Of a DNA stretch of 64,000 nucleotides, positions 1 through 10,329 are shown piece after piece. The stretch comes from an uncultured Clostridia bacterium. Lineage in GTDB: Bacteria; Bacillota; Clostridia; Christensenellales; CAG-314. The first letter of the stretch is position 1; each line of letters starts with the position of its first letter. The position numbers and the translations under genes are program-made. The notes below the pieces were generated by a model. It did not search any database. It was given only the letters and a program-made list of their open reading frames with translations, and was not told the DNA's origin. The stretch lies in contig CANQYT010000003.1 of the NCBI GenBank assembly GCA_947628135.1, forward strand, positions 3,387 to 67,386, given 5' to 3'.

Positions 1-37
1 GTGAAAGTTTGTCAAATCGAAACTTTCGGAGGCTCAT

Positions 38-1354
38 TTGAAGTACTTTATCCACACCTACGGCTGTCAGATGAACATACATGATTCGGAGAAGATAGCC
101 GGCATATTGGAAAATATGGGTTATGTAAACTGCGACGACGTAAGCCAAGCCGACGTGGCAGTCTTCAACACCTGCTGTATACGCGAAACGGCGGAGAAGA
201 AAATTTACGGACATCTCGGCGCTTTGAAAAAAATCAAACGCGACAGACCCGATATGACGGTGGTCGTGTGCGGTTGTATGTCGCAACAAGACGGCGTAGC
301 GGAAAAGATACGGGAAAGTTACCCCTTTGTTGACGTCGTATTGGGTACTGGCAATTTGAATTTGCTGCAACAGGCAATTGAAACGGCGCAAAACAGAAAG
401 AAGTTCAGCAACATCGAATTTCTTCAATACCGGGAAGAGGATTTTCCGCAGTCCCGTACAAGTTACCCCAACGCTTGGGTAAACATCAATTACGGCTGCA
501 ACAATTTCTGCACCTACTGCATTGTGCCTTACGTTCGCGGCCGCGAGCGCAGCAGACCTTTCGGCGACGTCATTGCGGAAGTGAACAAACTGCTTGCCGA
601 AGGTTACAAAGAAATTACGCTGTTGGGGCAAAACGTCAACTCCTACGGTCACGATCTGGACGGTAACGTCTCTTTTGCCTCGCTTCTTCGCGAGATAGGC
701 AAATCGGAGGGCAAGTTCCGTTTGCGCTTTATGACGTCGCACCCCAAGGATCTTTCCGACGATGTGATCGACGCGATTTCCGAATACCCCAATATTTGCA
801 ACAACATTCATCTGCCCGTACAAAGCGGCAGTACGGAAATTCTGCGTCGAATGAACCGCCGTTACACGCGCGACGACTATCTTGCGCTCATCGACAAGAT
901 CTACGCAAAACTTCCCGACGCGGGGATCACCACGGACATAATGGTGGGTTTCCCCGGAGAAACGGAGCGCGACTTCGAGGACACGCTGGATCTGGTACGC
1001 CGCGTAAAATACAGTTCGGCGTTTTGCTTCGTTTATTCGCGCCGAAAGGGCACTCCCGCCTACTCTATGGAAGATCAGATACCCTATTCCGTCAAGAAAG
1101 AGCGTATAACACGCCTTATTTCCTGTCAGAACGAAGTTACCAAGCAAATCAGCGCAACAATGGTGGGCAAGCGGTACGAGGTATTGGCGGAGGGTGCTAA
1201 TCCGAGTTATCCCGACACGATGTGCGGACGCACCGAAAGCGGACGCCTTGTCAATTTCAAATACGACGCGTCTCTTACGGGGCGTTTCGTAACGGTATAT
1301 ATAGAACGCGCAAGTTCCGCAACGTTGTGGGGCAGCGTGGTGGAGGAAGAATAA
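38..1354 (+). CDS. miaB: tRNA-i6A37 methylthiotransferase MiaB (radical SAM)
   Basis: 438-aa ORF with an N-terminal TYGCQMN motif and the radical-SAM cluster NYGCNNFCTYC. TTG start at 38 sits 5 nt after GGAGG. The stop overlaps the mutS ATG (TAATG). Confidence 0.93.
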   Translation: MKYFIHTYGCQMNIHDSEKIAGILENMGYVNCDDVSQADVAVFNTCCIRETAEKKIYGHLGALKKIKRDRPDMTVVVCGCMSQQDGVAEKIRESYPFVDVVLGTGNLNLLQQAIETAQNRKKFSNIEFLQYREEDFPQSRTSYPNAWVNINYGCNNFCTYCIVPYVRGRERSRPFGDVIAEVNKLLAEGYKEITLLGQNVNSYGHDLDGNVSFASLLREIGKSEGKFRLRFMTSHPKDLSDDVIDAISEYPNICNNIHLPVQSGSTEILRRMNRRYTRDDYLALIDKIYAKLPDAGITTDIMVGFPGETERDFEDTLDLVRRVKYSSAFCFVYSRRKGTPAYSMEDQIPYSVKKERITRLISCQNEVTKQISATMVGKRYEVLAEGANPSYPDTMCGRTESGRLVNFKYDASLTGRFVTVYIERASSATLWGSVVEEE

Positions 1355-3948
1355 TGGACGTTTCACCGATGATGAAAAATTACCTGCAAACAAAAGAGCA
1401 GTACAAGGATTGTATTTTGCTGTACCGTCTCGGAGACTTCTACGAGATGTTTTTCGATGACGCGGAAAAGGCAAGTAAAATACTCGACCTCACTCTCACG
1501 GGTAAAAATTGCGGATTGCCCGAACGCGCGCCTATGTGCGGAGTTCCCTATCACGCGGTTGATACCTACATAGCGAAACTCATCGCCGCGGGAGAAAAGG
1601 TGGCGATATGCGAGCAGTTGAGCGAGCCAAGCGGCAGACAGTTGGTAGAACGCGACGTGGTGAGGGTAATTACCGCAGGCACTGTTATGGAAAGCGATAT
1701 CCTCGAAGGCGGCAAAAGCAACTTTATCGCCGCCGTCTGCGCGGAAAACAAAGTGGGCGTGGCGCTTTGCGACCTGAGCACGGGCGATATGTTCGTGTCG
1801 GAGTTCGACGGAGCGGGCTACATCAAAGATTTGCAGGAATTTTTGGTAAGTTACAAACCAGCCGAGGTGCTTGCCGACAGCGCGGGCAAAAAGTTATCCG
1901 CAATGCTGGAATGCGTCCACGCAGGCTACGTGCCCGAATTTTCCCTCTATTCGGACGAGTACTTCGACAAACGCTTTGCCAAGGAAAAGGTTTTGCAGCA
2001 CTACAAGGTAAACACGTTGGACGGCTTCGGTTTGCAGGGCAAATCGGCTGCGGTGTGCGCTTGCGGCGCGCTTTTGCAGTATCTCGGCGAAACGCAGAAA
2101 CGCGATCTGCCCCATCTCAAACCCGTGCGCTACGTTGAAAAAAGCAAATATATGTCCATCGACGTGAAAACCCGAAAAAATCTCGAATTGACCGTTTCCT
2201 ACCGCGAGGGCAAGCGCAAGGGCAGTTTGCTGTGGCTGCTGGACAAAACGCAAACGAGTATGGGCGCGCGTTTGCTGTGCGATTGGATAGACCGTCCGCT
2301 GCAAAAGTCGTCGCAAATAAACGCGCGGCTGGACGGCGTGGACGAACTGTTCAAGGGATATGTGCTTCGTTCGGAACTGAACAAGCAACTGCACCGTATA
2401 GGCGACGTGGAACGACTTGTCGGCAAGATCGCCTACAACAATGTGACGCCAAAAGATTGCGTTGCGCTTCGGGATTCACTGGAAGCGCTGCCCGACGTAA
2501 AAAATCTTATTTCCCGTTGCCAAAGCAAAATTCTGCGCGACGTAAACGATTCGATTTCCGCTTTGCCGGAAGTTGCCGATTTGTTGCGCAGAGCAATCGT
2601 CAAAGACGCCCCCGCGATAATAAAAGAAAACACCGACTTTATATGTAAGGGGTACAACGCCGAATTGGACGAATTGTACGATCTTGCGGAAAACGGCAGT
2701 TCGCGCATAGCCCAATTGGAAGCGTACGAGCGCAACAGGACGGGCATAAAAAACCTAAAACTCGGATACAACAAAGTTTTCGGTTACTATTTCGAGATAA
2801 CAAGTTCTATGCTGGATCTCGCCCCCGCCAACTTCATTCGCAAGCAGACGCTCACAAACGGCGAACGTTTTGTCAGCCCCGAATTGAAAGAATTGGAAGA
2901 AAAAATGTTGACGGCGGTGGAGCGCAAGGGCAGACTGCAAAAGAAACTCTTCGAGGAACTTCGCAATCTGTTGCTTCCCTACATACCCGTTATGCAGCAG
3001 ACGGCGCAGGCTGTCGCCGCGCTGGACTGTCTCAACTCTCTTGCCAACGTGGCGCAGACCAACGGCTACTGCAAACCGAAGATAAACACTTCGACCTCGC
3101 AGTTGAGCATAGTCGATGGCAGACACCCCATCGTCGAGTGCTACATCAAGAGGGAGAATTTCATCGCAAACGACGTTCGTCTTGACACGGACGAAAACCG
3201 CACGATGATTATCACCGGACCGAATATGGCGGGCAAAAGCACCTATATGCGGCAAGTTGCCCTCATTACGCTGATGGCGCATATAGGATCGTTTGTGCCT
3301 GCAAAAAGCGCGGAGATACCGATTGTGGACAAAATCTTCACCCGAGTGGGGGCAAGCGACGACATCGCGTTCAACCAAAGCACCTTTATGGTGGAAATGG
3401 TGGAAGTCGCCAACATACTCAACAACGCCACAAAAAACAGTCTTGTCATTCTGGACGAAATAGGGCGCGGAACTTCCACGTTCGACGGTCTGTCCATAGC
3501 GTGGGCGGTAATGGAGTACGTTTCGCAAAAAATTTGCGCAAAAACGCTTTTCTCCACACATTACCACGAATTGACGGATCTGGAAGGGCGCGTTGACGGC
3601 GTGAAGAATTACCGCATAACGGTAAAAGAATTGAACGGTTCGGTGGTATTTTTGCACAAGATCGCGCGCGGCGGGACAAACAAAAGTTTCGGCATAGAGG
3701 TGGCTTCGCTTGCGGGAGTACCCGACGAGGTGTGCAAACGCGCCAAGGAAATAGTCACTTTGCTGGAAAACAGCAACGTCAGCCTCAACCTTGACAAGGT
3801 GGAACAACTCAGTTCCTCCAAACAGGTCACAAAAACCTCTCAGGAAGTAGGTTCTATCCTGCGCGACCTCGATATGAACAGAATATCCCCCATTGAGGCG
3901 TTCGACATTTTGAATACTTTGGTAAAAAAGGTAAAAGAAAATGGGTAA
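1354..3948 (+). CDS. mutS: DNA mismatch repair protein MutS
   Basis: The ORF frame opens at 1222, but the ATG at 1354 (MDVSPMMKNYLQTKEQYKD) is the MutS-like N-terminus. Walker A GPNMAGKST and the STHYHELT motif are present. Confidence 0.95.
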   Translation: MDVSPMMKNYLQTKEQYKDCILLYRLGDFYEMFFDDAEKASKILDLTLTGKNCGLPERAPMCGVPYHAVDTYIAKLIAAGEKVAICEQLSEPSGRQLVERDVVRVITAGTVMESDILEGGKSNFIAAVCAENKVGVALCDLSTGDMFVSEFDGAGYIKDLQEFLVSYKPAEVLADSAGKKLSAMLECVHAGYVPEFSLYSDEYFDKRFAKEKVLQHYKVNTLDGFGLQGKSAAVCACGALLQYLGETQKRDLPHLKPVRYVEKSKYMSIDVKTRKNLELTVSYREGKRKGSLLWLLDKTQTSMGARLLCDWIDRPLQKSSQINARLDGVDELFKGYVLRSELNKQLHRIGDVERLVGKIAYNNVTPKDCVALRDSLEALPDVKNLISRCQSKILRDVNDSISALPEVADLLRRAIVKDAPAIIKENTDFICKGYNAELDELYDLAENGSSRIAQLEAYERNRTGIKNLKLGYNKVFGYYFEITSSMLDLAPANFIRKQTLTNGERFVSPELKELEEKMLTAVERKGRLQKKLFEELRNLLLPYIPVMQQTAQAVAALDCLNSLANVAQTNGYCKPKINTSTSQLSIVDGRHPIVECYIKRENFIANDVRLDTDENRTMIITGPNMAGKSTYMRQVALITLMAHIGSFVPAKSAEIPIVDKIFTRVGASDDIAFNQSTFMVEMVEVANILNNATKNSLVILDEIGRGTSTFDGLSIAWAVMEYVSQKICAKTLFSTHYHELTDLEGRVDGVKNYRITVKELNGSVVFLHKIARGGTNKSFGIEVASLAGVPDEVCKRAKEIVTLLENSNVSLNLDKVEQLSSSKQVTKTSQEVGSILRDLDMNRISPIEAFDILNTLVKKVKENG

Positions 3949-5839
3949 CATAAAACTGCTTACTCCGCAGGTCTACAACAAAATTGCCGCGGGCGAAGTG
4001 ATAGAAAGACCTTGCGGCGCGGTAAAAGAATTGGTAGAAAACAGTATCGACGCAGGAGCAACTCGTATCGCCATAGAGGCGGTAGGGGGCGGTTTTCAAC
4101 TGATTTCCGTCACCGACAACGGCTGCGGTATCAGAGAGGACGACATAGACCTCGCCTTTGTAAAACACGCCACAAGCAAATTGAGCAGCGAACAGCAACT
4201 TAACGCCATAGATACGCTCGGTTTCCGCGGCGAGGCGCTTTCCAGCATAGCGGCGGTGGCGCGAGTAACGCTTACCACCCGTACGAGGACGTCGGACGCA
4301 GGGCTTTGCGTTACGTTGGAAGAGGGCAAGATAGCAGACAAAAAATACGTTTCGGCAAACGTCGGTACGAAAATCGAAGTTCGCGACTTGTTTTACAATA
4401 TGCCCGCCCGTAAAAAGTTTTTCAAATCGGACGCGCACGAGAGCGCGGAAATAAGTAAATTCGTATCCAAGTTGATACTCACCAATCCTACGCTCGACAT
4501 TACCTATTCTTTGGATGGGACAACGGTTTACGCCAACAAAGGGGAGGGCTTGCAGGAGGCTGTGTTCAATATTCTCGGCAACGAATGTCTGCGCAACTGC
4601 ATAAAGATAGATTTTGCGCGGGACGGAATGCGTATCTTGGGGTATATTTGCAGTCCCGAATACACAAAGGCAAACAGAAACTATCAAACGCTTTCGGTAA
4701 ACAACAGATACGTGCAGGATGCGGGCGTATCCGCGGCGATTATGCAAGCGTACAAACCCTATCTTATGACGAGGAAATTTCCCGTGTACGTGTTGGATCT
4801 GTACGTTGACTGCGACCGCGTAGATGTAAACGTCCACCCGAAAAAGAGCGAAGTGCGTTTTGCCGACTCGCGCGCCGTATGCGCTGCCTTTTACACTTGC
4901 GTAAAGGACGCTTTGCAAAAGTTTACGAAGGAACGGGTGGAACGAACGTTTCTCGGCGAACCGGACGAAACGGAAACGCAAACCGAAAAGCGCTTCACTC
5001 AGCAGGATTTTTTGGACTACTTCAACAAAAAGGCGCAAGAGGGAACGCTTGACGTGATGAACAGCGGACAGGCGGAAGCGGTGCGCGCAATGGAGAAGTC
5101 CACCGATGAAGCGGACGAGGAAAGGAATATCCGCGAACTCGGCAGTTATCTGGAAAAGGAACTAAGCGTCAAAAAGGCTCGGCAGAATCTTGGATTGGAC
5201 AGCGAGCCGACGCTGCGCAGCGCGTCGGTGGTGTTGGAAGCGCAACCTGCGCCTTTCGTTGCTCCGCCGCCGACCGTGTATCCCCAAGCCAAATTGCTCG
5301 GAGTCGCTTTCGACACCTATCTGATAGTGCAGATCGAGGACAGAATTATTTTTATTGACCAACATGCGGCGCACGAAAGAATACTCTTCGACAAATTTAT
5401 GGCGGAGAAAACGCACGATATGCAGACTGTGATACCGTACGTGTTCCACGTCACCGACGAGGAAGCGCTGTTTCTCGAAGAAAACAAGGAAAACATATTG
5501 GCTGCGGGCATAGAATTGGGCAATTTCGGTCCTAATTCCTACCGCATAAACGCCGTTTCAACTTTGCTCACCGACCTCAAAATGGAAGAATTCGTGCGTT
5601 ATATGCTGTCGTCGATAGATGAATTTAAGTTGGACGATAGAAATCTGTTTGCGGAAAGACTTGCAAAAAAAGCGTGCAAGGCGGCGGTAAAGGCGGGTTA
5701 TTCGCTGAACAAATACGAAATCGACTACATCGTAACAGAAGTGTTGGAAAACCGCGTTTTGCAATGTCCGCACGGCAGACCGGTAACAGTGGTGTTTACA
5801 AAAACGCAGATAGAAAAAATGTTCAAGAGGATCGTTTAA
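3941..5839 (+). CDS. mutL: DNA mismatch repair protein MutL
   Basis: 632-aa ORF. The N-terminal GHKL ATPase motifs are present (IAAGEVIERPCGAVKELVENSIDAG, DNGCGI). It overlaps the mutS end by 8 nt. Confidence 0.95.
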   Translation: MGNIKLLTPQVYNKIAAGEVIERPCGAVKELVENSIDAGATRIAIEAVGGGFQLISVTDNGCGIREDDIDLAFVKHATSKLSSEQQLNAIDTLGFRGEALSSIAAVARVTLTTRTRTSDAGLCVTLEEGKIADKKYVSANVGTKIEVRDLFYNMPARKKFFKSDAHESAEISKFVSKLILTNPTLDITYSLDGTTVYANKGEGLQEAVFNILGNECLRNCIKIDFARDGMRILGYICSPEYTKANRNYQTLSVNNRYVQDAGVSAAIMQAYKPYLMTRKFPVYVLDLYVDCDRVDVNVHPKKSEVRFADSRAVCAAFYTCVKDALQKFTKERVERTFLGEPDETETQTEKRFTQQDFLDYFNKKAQEGTLDVMNSGQAEAVRAMEKSTDEADEERNIRELGSYLEKELSVKKARQNLGLDSEPTLRSASVVLEAQPAPFVAPPPTVYPQAKLLGVAFDTYLIVQIEDRIIFIDQHAAHERILFDKFMAEKTHDMQTVIPYVFHVTDEEALFLEENKENILAAGIELGNFGPNSYRINAVSTLLTDLKMEEFVRYMLSSIDEFKLDDRNLFAERLAKKACKAAVKAGYSLNKYEIDYIVTEVLENRVLQCPHGRPVTVVFTKTQIEKMFKRIV

Positions 5840-6751
5840 ATGCGTACGGTTATCGGTATCGCAGGGACTACCTCTGTGGGGAAAAGTGCGGTTGCAGTGA
5901 ATTTGGCGCAACTGCTCAAAACGGAAGTGATTTCCGCCGATTCTATGCAGGTATACAAAGGTATGGACGTCGGCACTGCAAAACTCACGCAAGAGGAAAT
6001 GCAGGGCGTAAAACACCGTATGCTGGACGTTGCAGAGCCGAACGAGCAGTTTTCTTCATTCTTGTATCAGCAGATGGCTTCGCAAATAATAGACGAAATG
6101 ACGACCGTCCCCGTAATAGTGGGTGGAACGGGATTTTATTTCGAAAGTTTGCTTTATCCTCCCGAATACGGAGACGCTCCGTCGGAAAGACGGGAAAGTC
6201 TGCGCAAAATTTACAAAGAGCAAGGTTTGGATGCGCTTCGCCGTATGTTGGCGGAGGAGGACGAAAAGGCGTACCGAACCGTCGATCTCAACAACTACAA
6301 ACGGGTAGTTCGCGCGATAGAGATTGCCGAAAGCGGTTTCAGCAGGGCGGAAGGAACGCACAAAAACGTTCAACCGCGATACGATATGAAATTTTTTGTT
6401 CTGCAACTTGACAGACAGCGGCTGTACGAAAGGATAAACGACCGCGTGGATACAATGGTGCAGCGCGGGCTGGTGGAGGAAGTTCGCGGCTTGATCGAGC
6501 GGTACGGCGTTTGCAAAACGCCCGCATTCGAGGCAATAGGCTACAAGGAAATAGTGCGCTATCTGCAAGGGGACTGTACATTGCAACAGGCAATTGAGGA
6601 AATAAAGATAAACACCCGTCACTATGCCAAGCGGCAAATCGCGTTTTTCAAGCGGTTGAACGTTGCCGAATATATAGACGTTGATGGTAAAGACTCGTCC
6701 GAAATTGCTTTTCACATCTACAATACCGTGCGAGAATGTATCGATATATGA
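5840..6751 (+). CDS. miaA: tRNA dimethylallyltransferase MiaA
   Basis: 303-aa ORF with P-loop GTTSVGKS and IISADSMQVYKGMDVGTAK. The ATG directly follows the mutL stop. Confidence 0.95.
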   Translation: MRTVIGIAGTTSVGKSAVAVNLAQLLKTEVISADSMQVYKGMDVGTAKLTQEEMQGVKHRMLDVAEPNEQFSSFLYQQMASQIIDEMTTVPVIVGGTGFYFESLLYPPEYGDAPSERRESLRKIYKEQGLDALRRMLAEEDEKAYRTVDLNNYKRVVRAIEIAESGFSRAEGTHKNVQPRYDMKFFVLQLDRQRLYERINDRVDTMVQRGLVEEVRGLIERYGVCKTPAFEAIGYKEIVRYLQGDCTLQQAIEEIKINTRHYAKRQIAFFKRLNVAEYIDVDGKDSSEIAFHIYNTVRECIDI

Positions 6752-6840
6752 GATTTTGATGTAATTTTCGGTCAAATTACTCTCTAAAACGTCAAAATAC
6801 AGAATACTATTACAGACATAATAGTAAAAAGAGGAAAAAT

Positions 6841-8049
6841 ATGAACAAAGAAATAGCGGAAGCATTAGACAATACTCGGCAAATTTTTGCGGAATTGGAT
6901 GAAATCTCTCTCTACAACGAAAAAAAGGTTATCGACGCGTTTTGCAAAAACAACGTGGCTTTGAGGCATTTCAACGGGACGACCGGATACGGTTCGGACG
7001 ACGTAGGCAGAGAAACGCTTGGCAAGGTGCTTGCCGATATTTTCGAGGCGGACAAAGCGATAGTAAGTCCGTTGATTGCGTCGGGAACTGCGGCAATCAG
7101 TCTGGCGCTGTTCGGAGTGCTTCGTCCCAAAGATCGCGTTCTTTCCGTTACGGGGTCGCCTTACGATACGCTTTCCGACGTTGTTTTCGGAGAGGGAATA
7201 GGCAGTCTGAAAGATTTCGGAATTGATTTCGACGCGATAGACTTGGTGGACGGAGGGTTCGATTACCCTAAAATTGAACGTTATCTCAAAACCAACACCG
7301 TCAAAATGATTTACGTACAGCGTTCCAAGGGGTATGCGCTACGTCCCGCGCTTTCCGTAAAGCAAATAGGGCAACTGTGCGCATTCGTAAAGGAATATGC
7401 TCCCAACGCAGTTATTTTCTGCGACAATTGCTACGGCGAATTTGTCGAGAAAACCGAACCCACGTCGGTTGGAGCAGATTTATGCGCAGGCTCGTTTATC
7501 AAAAATATCGGCGGCGGGATCGCTCCTACGGGCGGATACGTAGTCGGGCGTGCCGATTTGGTGGATCTGGTCGCCGGAAGGCTTACCGCGCCATCCGTCG
7601 GAATGGAAATCGGAAGTTATCAGGCGGGTTACCGTTTGTTTTATCAGGGACTTTTCCTCGCGCCGCACACTGTCAATCAGGCACTGAAAACCGCAACGCT
7701 GTTTTCCTACGTTCTGTCTGAAAGAGGTTACGACGTAATTCCGAAAAGGGGCGATCATCTCGGGGATATCGTTTGTTCCATTCGCCTCGGGTCCCCGGAT
7801 TCGATGATAAAATTCTGCCGCGCAATTCAATCCGTGTCGCCCGTTGACGGGTTTGTAAAGCCCGAACCTTGGCGTCAGGCGGGTTATGCGGACAAAGTCA
7901 TTATGGCGGCGGGGTGTTTTGTTGAGGGCGCGTCCATCGAATTAAGTTGCGACGGTCCGATACGACCGCCCTATACGGTGTATTTGCAAGGCGGTTTGAC
8001 GCTGGAACACGGCATTTTGGCATTGGAAAAGGTGTTGGAAGAACTATGA
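6841..8049 (+). CDS. aluminium-resistance / methionine gamma-lyase family PLP enzyme (YnbB-like)
   Basis: 402-aa ORF with a good RBS (aaagagga). The N-terminal region and overall length match the family that neighbours hflX in Bacillus (ynbA-ynbB). Confidence 0.8.
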   Translation: MNKEIAEALDNTRQIFAELDEISLYNEKKVIDAFCKNNVALRHFNGTTGYGSDDVGRETLGKVLADIFEADKAIVSPLIASGTAAISLALFGVLRPKDRVLSVTGSPYDTLSDVVFGEGIGSLKDFGIDFDAIDLVDGGFDYPKIERYLKTNTVKMIYVQRSKGYALRPALSVKQIGQLCAFVKEYAPNAVIFCDNCYGEFVEKTEPTSVGADLCAGSFIKNIGGGIAPTGGYVVGRADLVDLVAGRLTAPSVGMEIGSYQAGYRLFYQGLFLAPHTVNQALKTATLFSYVLSERGYDVIPKRGDHLGDIVCSIRLGSPDSMIKFCRAIQSVSPVDGFVKPEPWRQAGYADKVIMAAGCFVEGASIELSCDGPIRPPYTVYLQGGLTLEHGILALEKVLEEL

Positions 8050-8304
8050 CAACAAGCTAATTTTTTCCGCTAAACTTCGATTTGTAAAACTAATTTTGCG
8101 CAATTGACAAAAAGATTAGGTGAATTTTGTTCAATTACAATAAAATTTTATTGTCGCACAAGGTAAGGCAAGATAGATTTTGCAACAAACGCAATTTTTG
8201 TCCGTAATCGAACGGTGCGAAATTATGTAACGAAGAAGTCGGCTGCGCGCGGCAAATTTGCGGTTTGCGCATAGGAAGGTTGCCTTGCGCAAAAGGAGAG
8301 GGCA

Positions 8305-8853
8305 ATGAAATTCGGAAACAGACTTGTCGAATTACGCGAAAAGCGCAACTTGTCGCAGGAGGAACTTGCCGACAAACTGCACGTATCGCGGCAAACCGTA
8401 TCCAATTGGGAGAATGACAAAGTAAGTATCGATGTTGACAAGGCGGCGGAAATATGCCGATTTTTCGGCGTGGATATGAATTATCTTTTTATGGAAAGCG
8501 GAAACGAGAGTTTGCGTGAAGATACCGTTTTCAATACAAGTCAACTCGACGCGCAAAACAGAGCAACCGGGTATACACGTTCGCAGTCACCTACCAAAAT
8601 CTGGCTTACGGCAATCATAATCAGCGTCGTAATGTGCGTCGTATTTACCGTGTTCGAAACGGTCGTTTTATTGCGGGGCGATATTGGAAATGCGGCAACG
8701 GTATTGACTTCGACGTTGTTGCTCTGCGCGGTCATATTCGGCGGTTTGGCGCTGTTGATGTCCCTTTTTATGCTTGTTTTGTCCGCTGTGATGTACCGCA
8801 GATCCAAACAAAAAGACAGCGCAGAGACCAATTGTGACGGCACAAAACAATAA
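8305..8853 (+). CDS. XRE-family HTH regulator with C-terminal transmembrane segments
   Basis: 182 aa. The N-terminus LRE-KRNLSQEELADKLHVSRQTVSNWEN is a classic HTH_3. The C-terminal half has 2-3 hydrophobic helices. RBS aaaggagag. Confidence 0.85.
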   Translation: MKFGNRLVELREKRNLSQEELADKLHVSRQTVSNWENDKVSIDVDKAAEICRFFGVDMNYLFMESGNESLREDTVFNTSQLDAQNRATGYTRSQSPTKIWLTAIIISVVMCVVFTVFETVVLLRGDIGNAATVLTSTLLLCAVIFGGLALLMSLFMLVLSAVMYRRSKQKDSAETNCDGTKQ

Positions 8854-9025
8854 GGTCGACGAATTTTCGACTGATTTTTATAGTTGACTATCGCAAACGA
8901 AAAAAAACTTAAAGCCGTGATTAGATTTTTGATTGCAATCAACAAGTCTGCGCGCATTGCCTCCTCCAACACAGTAGATTTTTTTGCGTAAATAAAATAC
9001 GGGAGATTACAACGAAATTGATTGT

Positions 9026-9100
9026 CGGAAAAATACAAAAAAGTGGTGAGTTCGGTACGTGAAAATAGGGAAAGACCTACGAACATTCAACACAGGGGAT
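9026..9100 (+). repeat. copy 1 of a duplicated ~75-bp module (SD-like GGTGAG plus GTG start)
   Basis: 'cggaaaaatacaaaaaagtggtgagttcggtacgtgaaaat...' aligns without indels to 9490-9530 at an offset of 464 nt. Confidence 0.8.
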
Positions 9101-9489
9101 TACAACGAAAAAGAATCGCTCATAAAATATAAATTCAAAAGGATTCAACGGACATTTTTTTTACAGCGCAAAGACAATTTTTTCGGTTTCAAAATGCGGT
9201 TTGTCGCTCAGTTACTACAATATGAAAAAACTTTGGAAGCTATTACCGACAGTTTTTCTCGTATGGTTAATAGCCAGGAAAACCTGTATTTCAAGACTAT
9301 CTGCTGAATAATAAGAGATGTAAACTTTCCGAAAATATTTTTGTAATCGAGTCAAAATTGATTGATTTAACAAATCAACTTAAAAAATCGTAAAATAAAG
9401 TGTAACCAACTAACGAAATCTCTGCCCAAAATTTATATTATAAAAAAATGCAAACTTTTAATTTCCATTTTTTAGTAATAATTAATTGG

Positions 9490-9565
9490 CGGAAGAATAC
9501 GAAAATGGGGTGAGTTCGGTGCGTGAAAATTGGAGAATTACGACGAATATTCAACTTTGATTACG
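9490..9565 (+). repeat. copy 2 of the duplicated ~75-bp module
   Basis: 'cggaagaatacgaaaatggggtgagttcggtgcgtgaaaat...'. The downstream reading frame stops after 22 codons. Confidence 0.8.
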
Positions 9566-10329
9566 TCCGTTTCAGAAGTATCTTAGCATAGCGAGACATA
9601 AAAAATCAGTCGCAAACTACACAGCGACTTGTCAATTTTATTTATCACTTCGACAATTGAATAGTGCGTTACAGCGGAAATATTCTTCATACAAATTATG
9701 CTTTCAAACTAAGAAAAAAGAATTAGAGATTTTCAAACTATCTCCCCAATATGATTCTGATTACTGTTTTGTTCTATGCTTTTAATACGATTAAAAAAGC
9801 GCCGAATTCGTAATTAAAAAAAATTGAAGTTTTTCTTATGTCTCTAAAAGAGGTTTAGCGGAACTTTTAACAAAATTTTTAAGTTATAAAGAAAGTCGTA
9901 TTTACATTTTTATGAAAACCGTCGATAAAGACCGTTACAAGTTTTTTTGATTTCGTCGAATCGTTGTTTCACTCGGAGTCGCGACAAAAATTTATCAAAA
10001 ATATCTTAGCATTCAATTTACTCAAAAAAAGTGATGTAATTAATTTCGTAAATGCTTTACGTCCTTTTTAGCATTAAAAAAACAACGTTGTGATTTTATA
10101 AGATTATTTGGCTAAGCAAAAGCGCGAGAAGAATCAAGATTTTAAAAGAAGTTTTCAGCTTTCCAAACTGTCTCACAAAGACGTTTTAACAGAATTTTGT
10201 ACTAAGTGCGAGAAGAAGTTGATGATTTTTCGAAGCGTCGCTTTAACGGCAGCGAATAAATTTTTTGTTACGGATATTTTTATTAAACATAAAATTCAAA
10301 CGGATTAAAATGATAACAAAGCAGCACAA

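Noticed and set aside
3-27. Hairpin gaaagttt-gtcaaatc-gaaactttc at the window start, as a possible terminator of the preceding gene.
   Set aside because: It has an AU-rich 8-bp stem and no U-tract. The upstream context lies outside the window, so it cannot be interpreted.
1222-1353. N-terminal extensions offered by the ORF track: mutS from 1222, recombinase from 11831, yccF-like paralog 2 from 32030, glgA from 37391, spoIVB from 46565, folD from 55245, nusB from 55544, asp23 from 55925, spoIIIAA from 60492, spoVAC from 34782 and spoVAD from 34322.
   Set aside because: In each case an internal start with a proper Shine-Dalgarno sequence yields the canonical family N-terminus. The extension overlaps the upstream gene or promoter and encodes non-homologous, basic junk sequence.
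9052-9066. parS-like half-sites ('acgtgaaaa' at 9057 and 9521; 'tttcacgt' at 11013) and CIRCE-like half-sites ('ttagcac' at 11304 and on the minus strand near 15190).
   Set aside because: Only half of each palindromic consensus is present (TGTTTCACGTGAAACA; TTAGCACTC-N9-GAGTGCTAA). No matching second arm lies at the required spacing.
9001-9110. Possible CRISPR array, suggested by the repeated 'gattacaacgaaa' (9005 and 9097) and other short repeats.
   Set aside because: Only two copies are present. The repeat is far shorter than CRISPR repeats and does not recur regularly. No cas genes lie nearby, and the intervening sequence is itself part of a larger duplicated module.
9304-9325. A dif-like site: 'gagATGTAAACT' resembles the XerD arm (TTATGTAAACT) of the Bacillus dif site, 2.6 kb from an Xer-like gene.
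   Set aside because: Only one arm matches. The putative XerC arm (atctgctgaat) matches about 5 of 11 positions, and the central region is not TATATA-like. A single 9-nt AT-rich match is not convincing.
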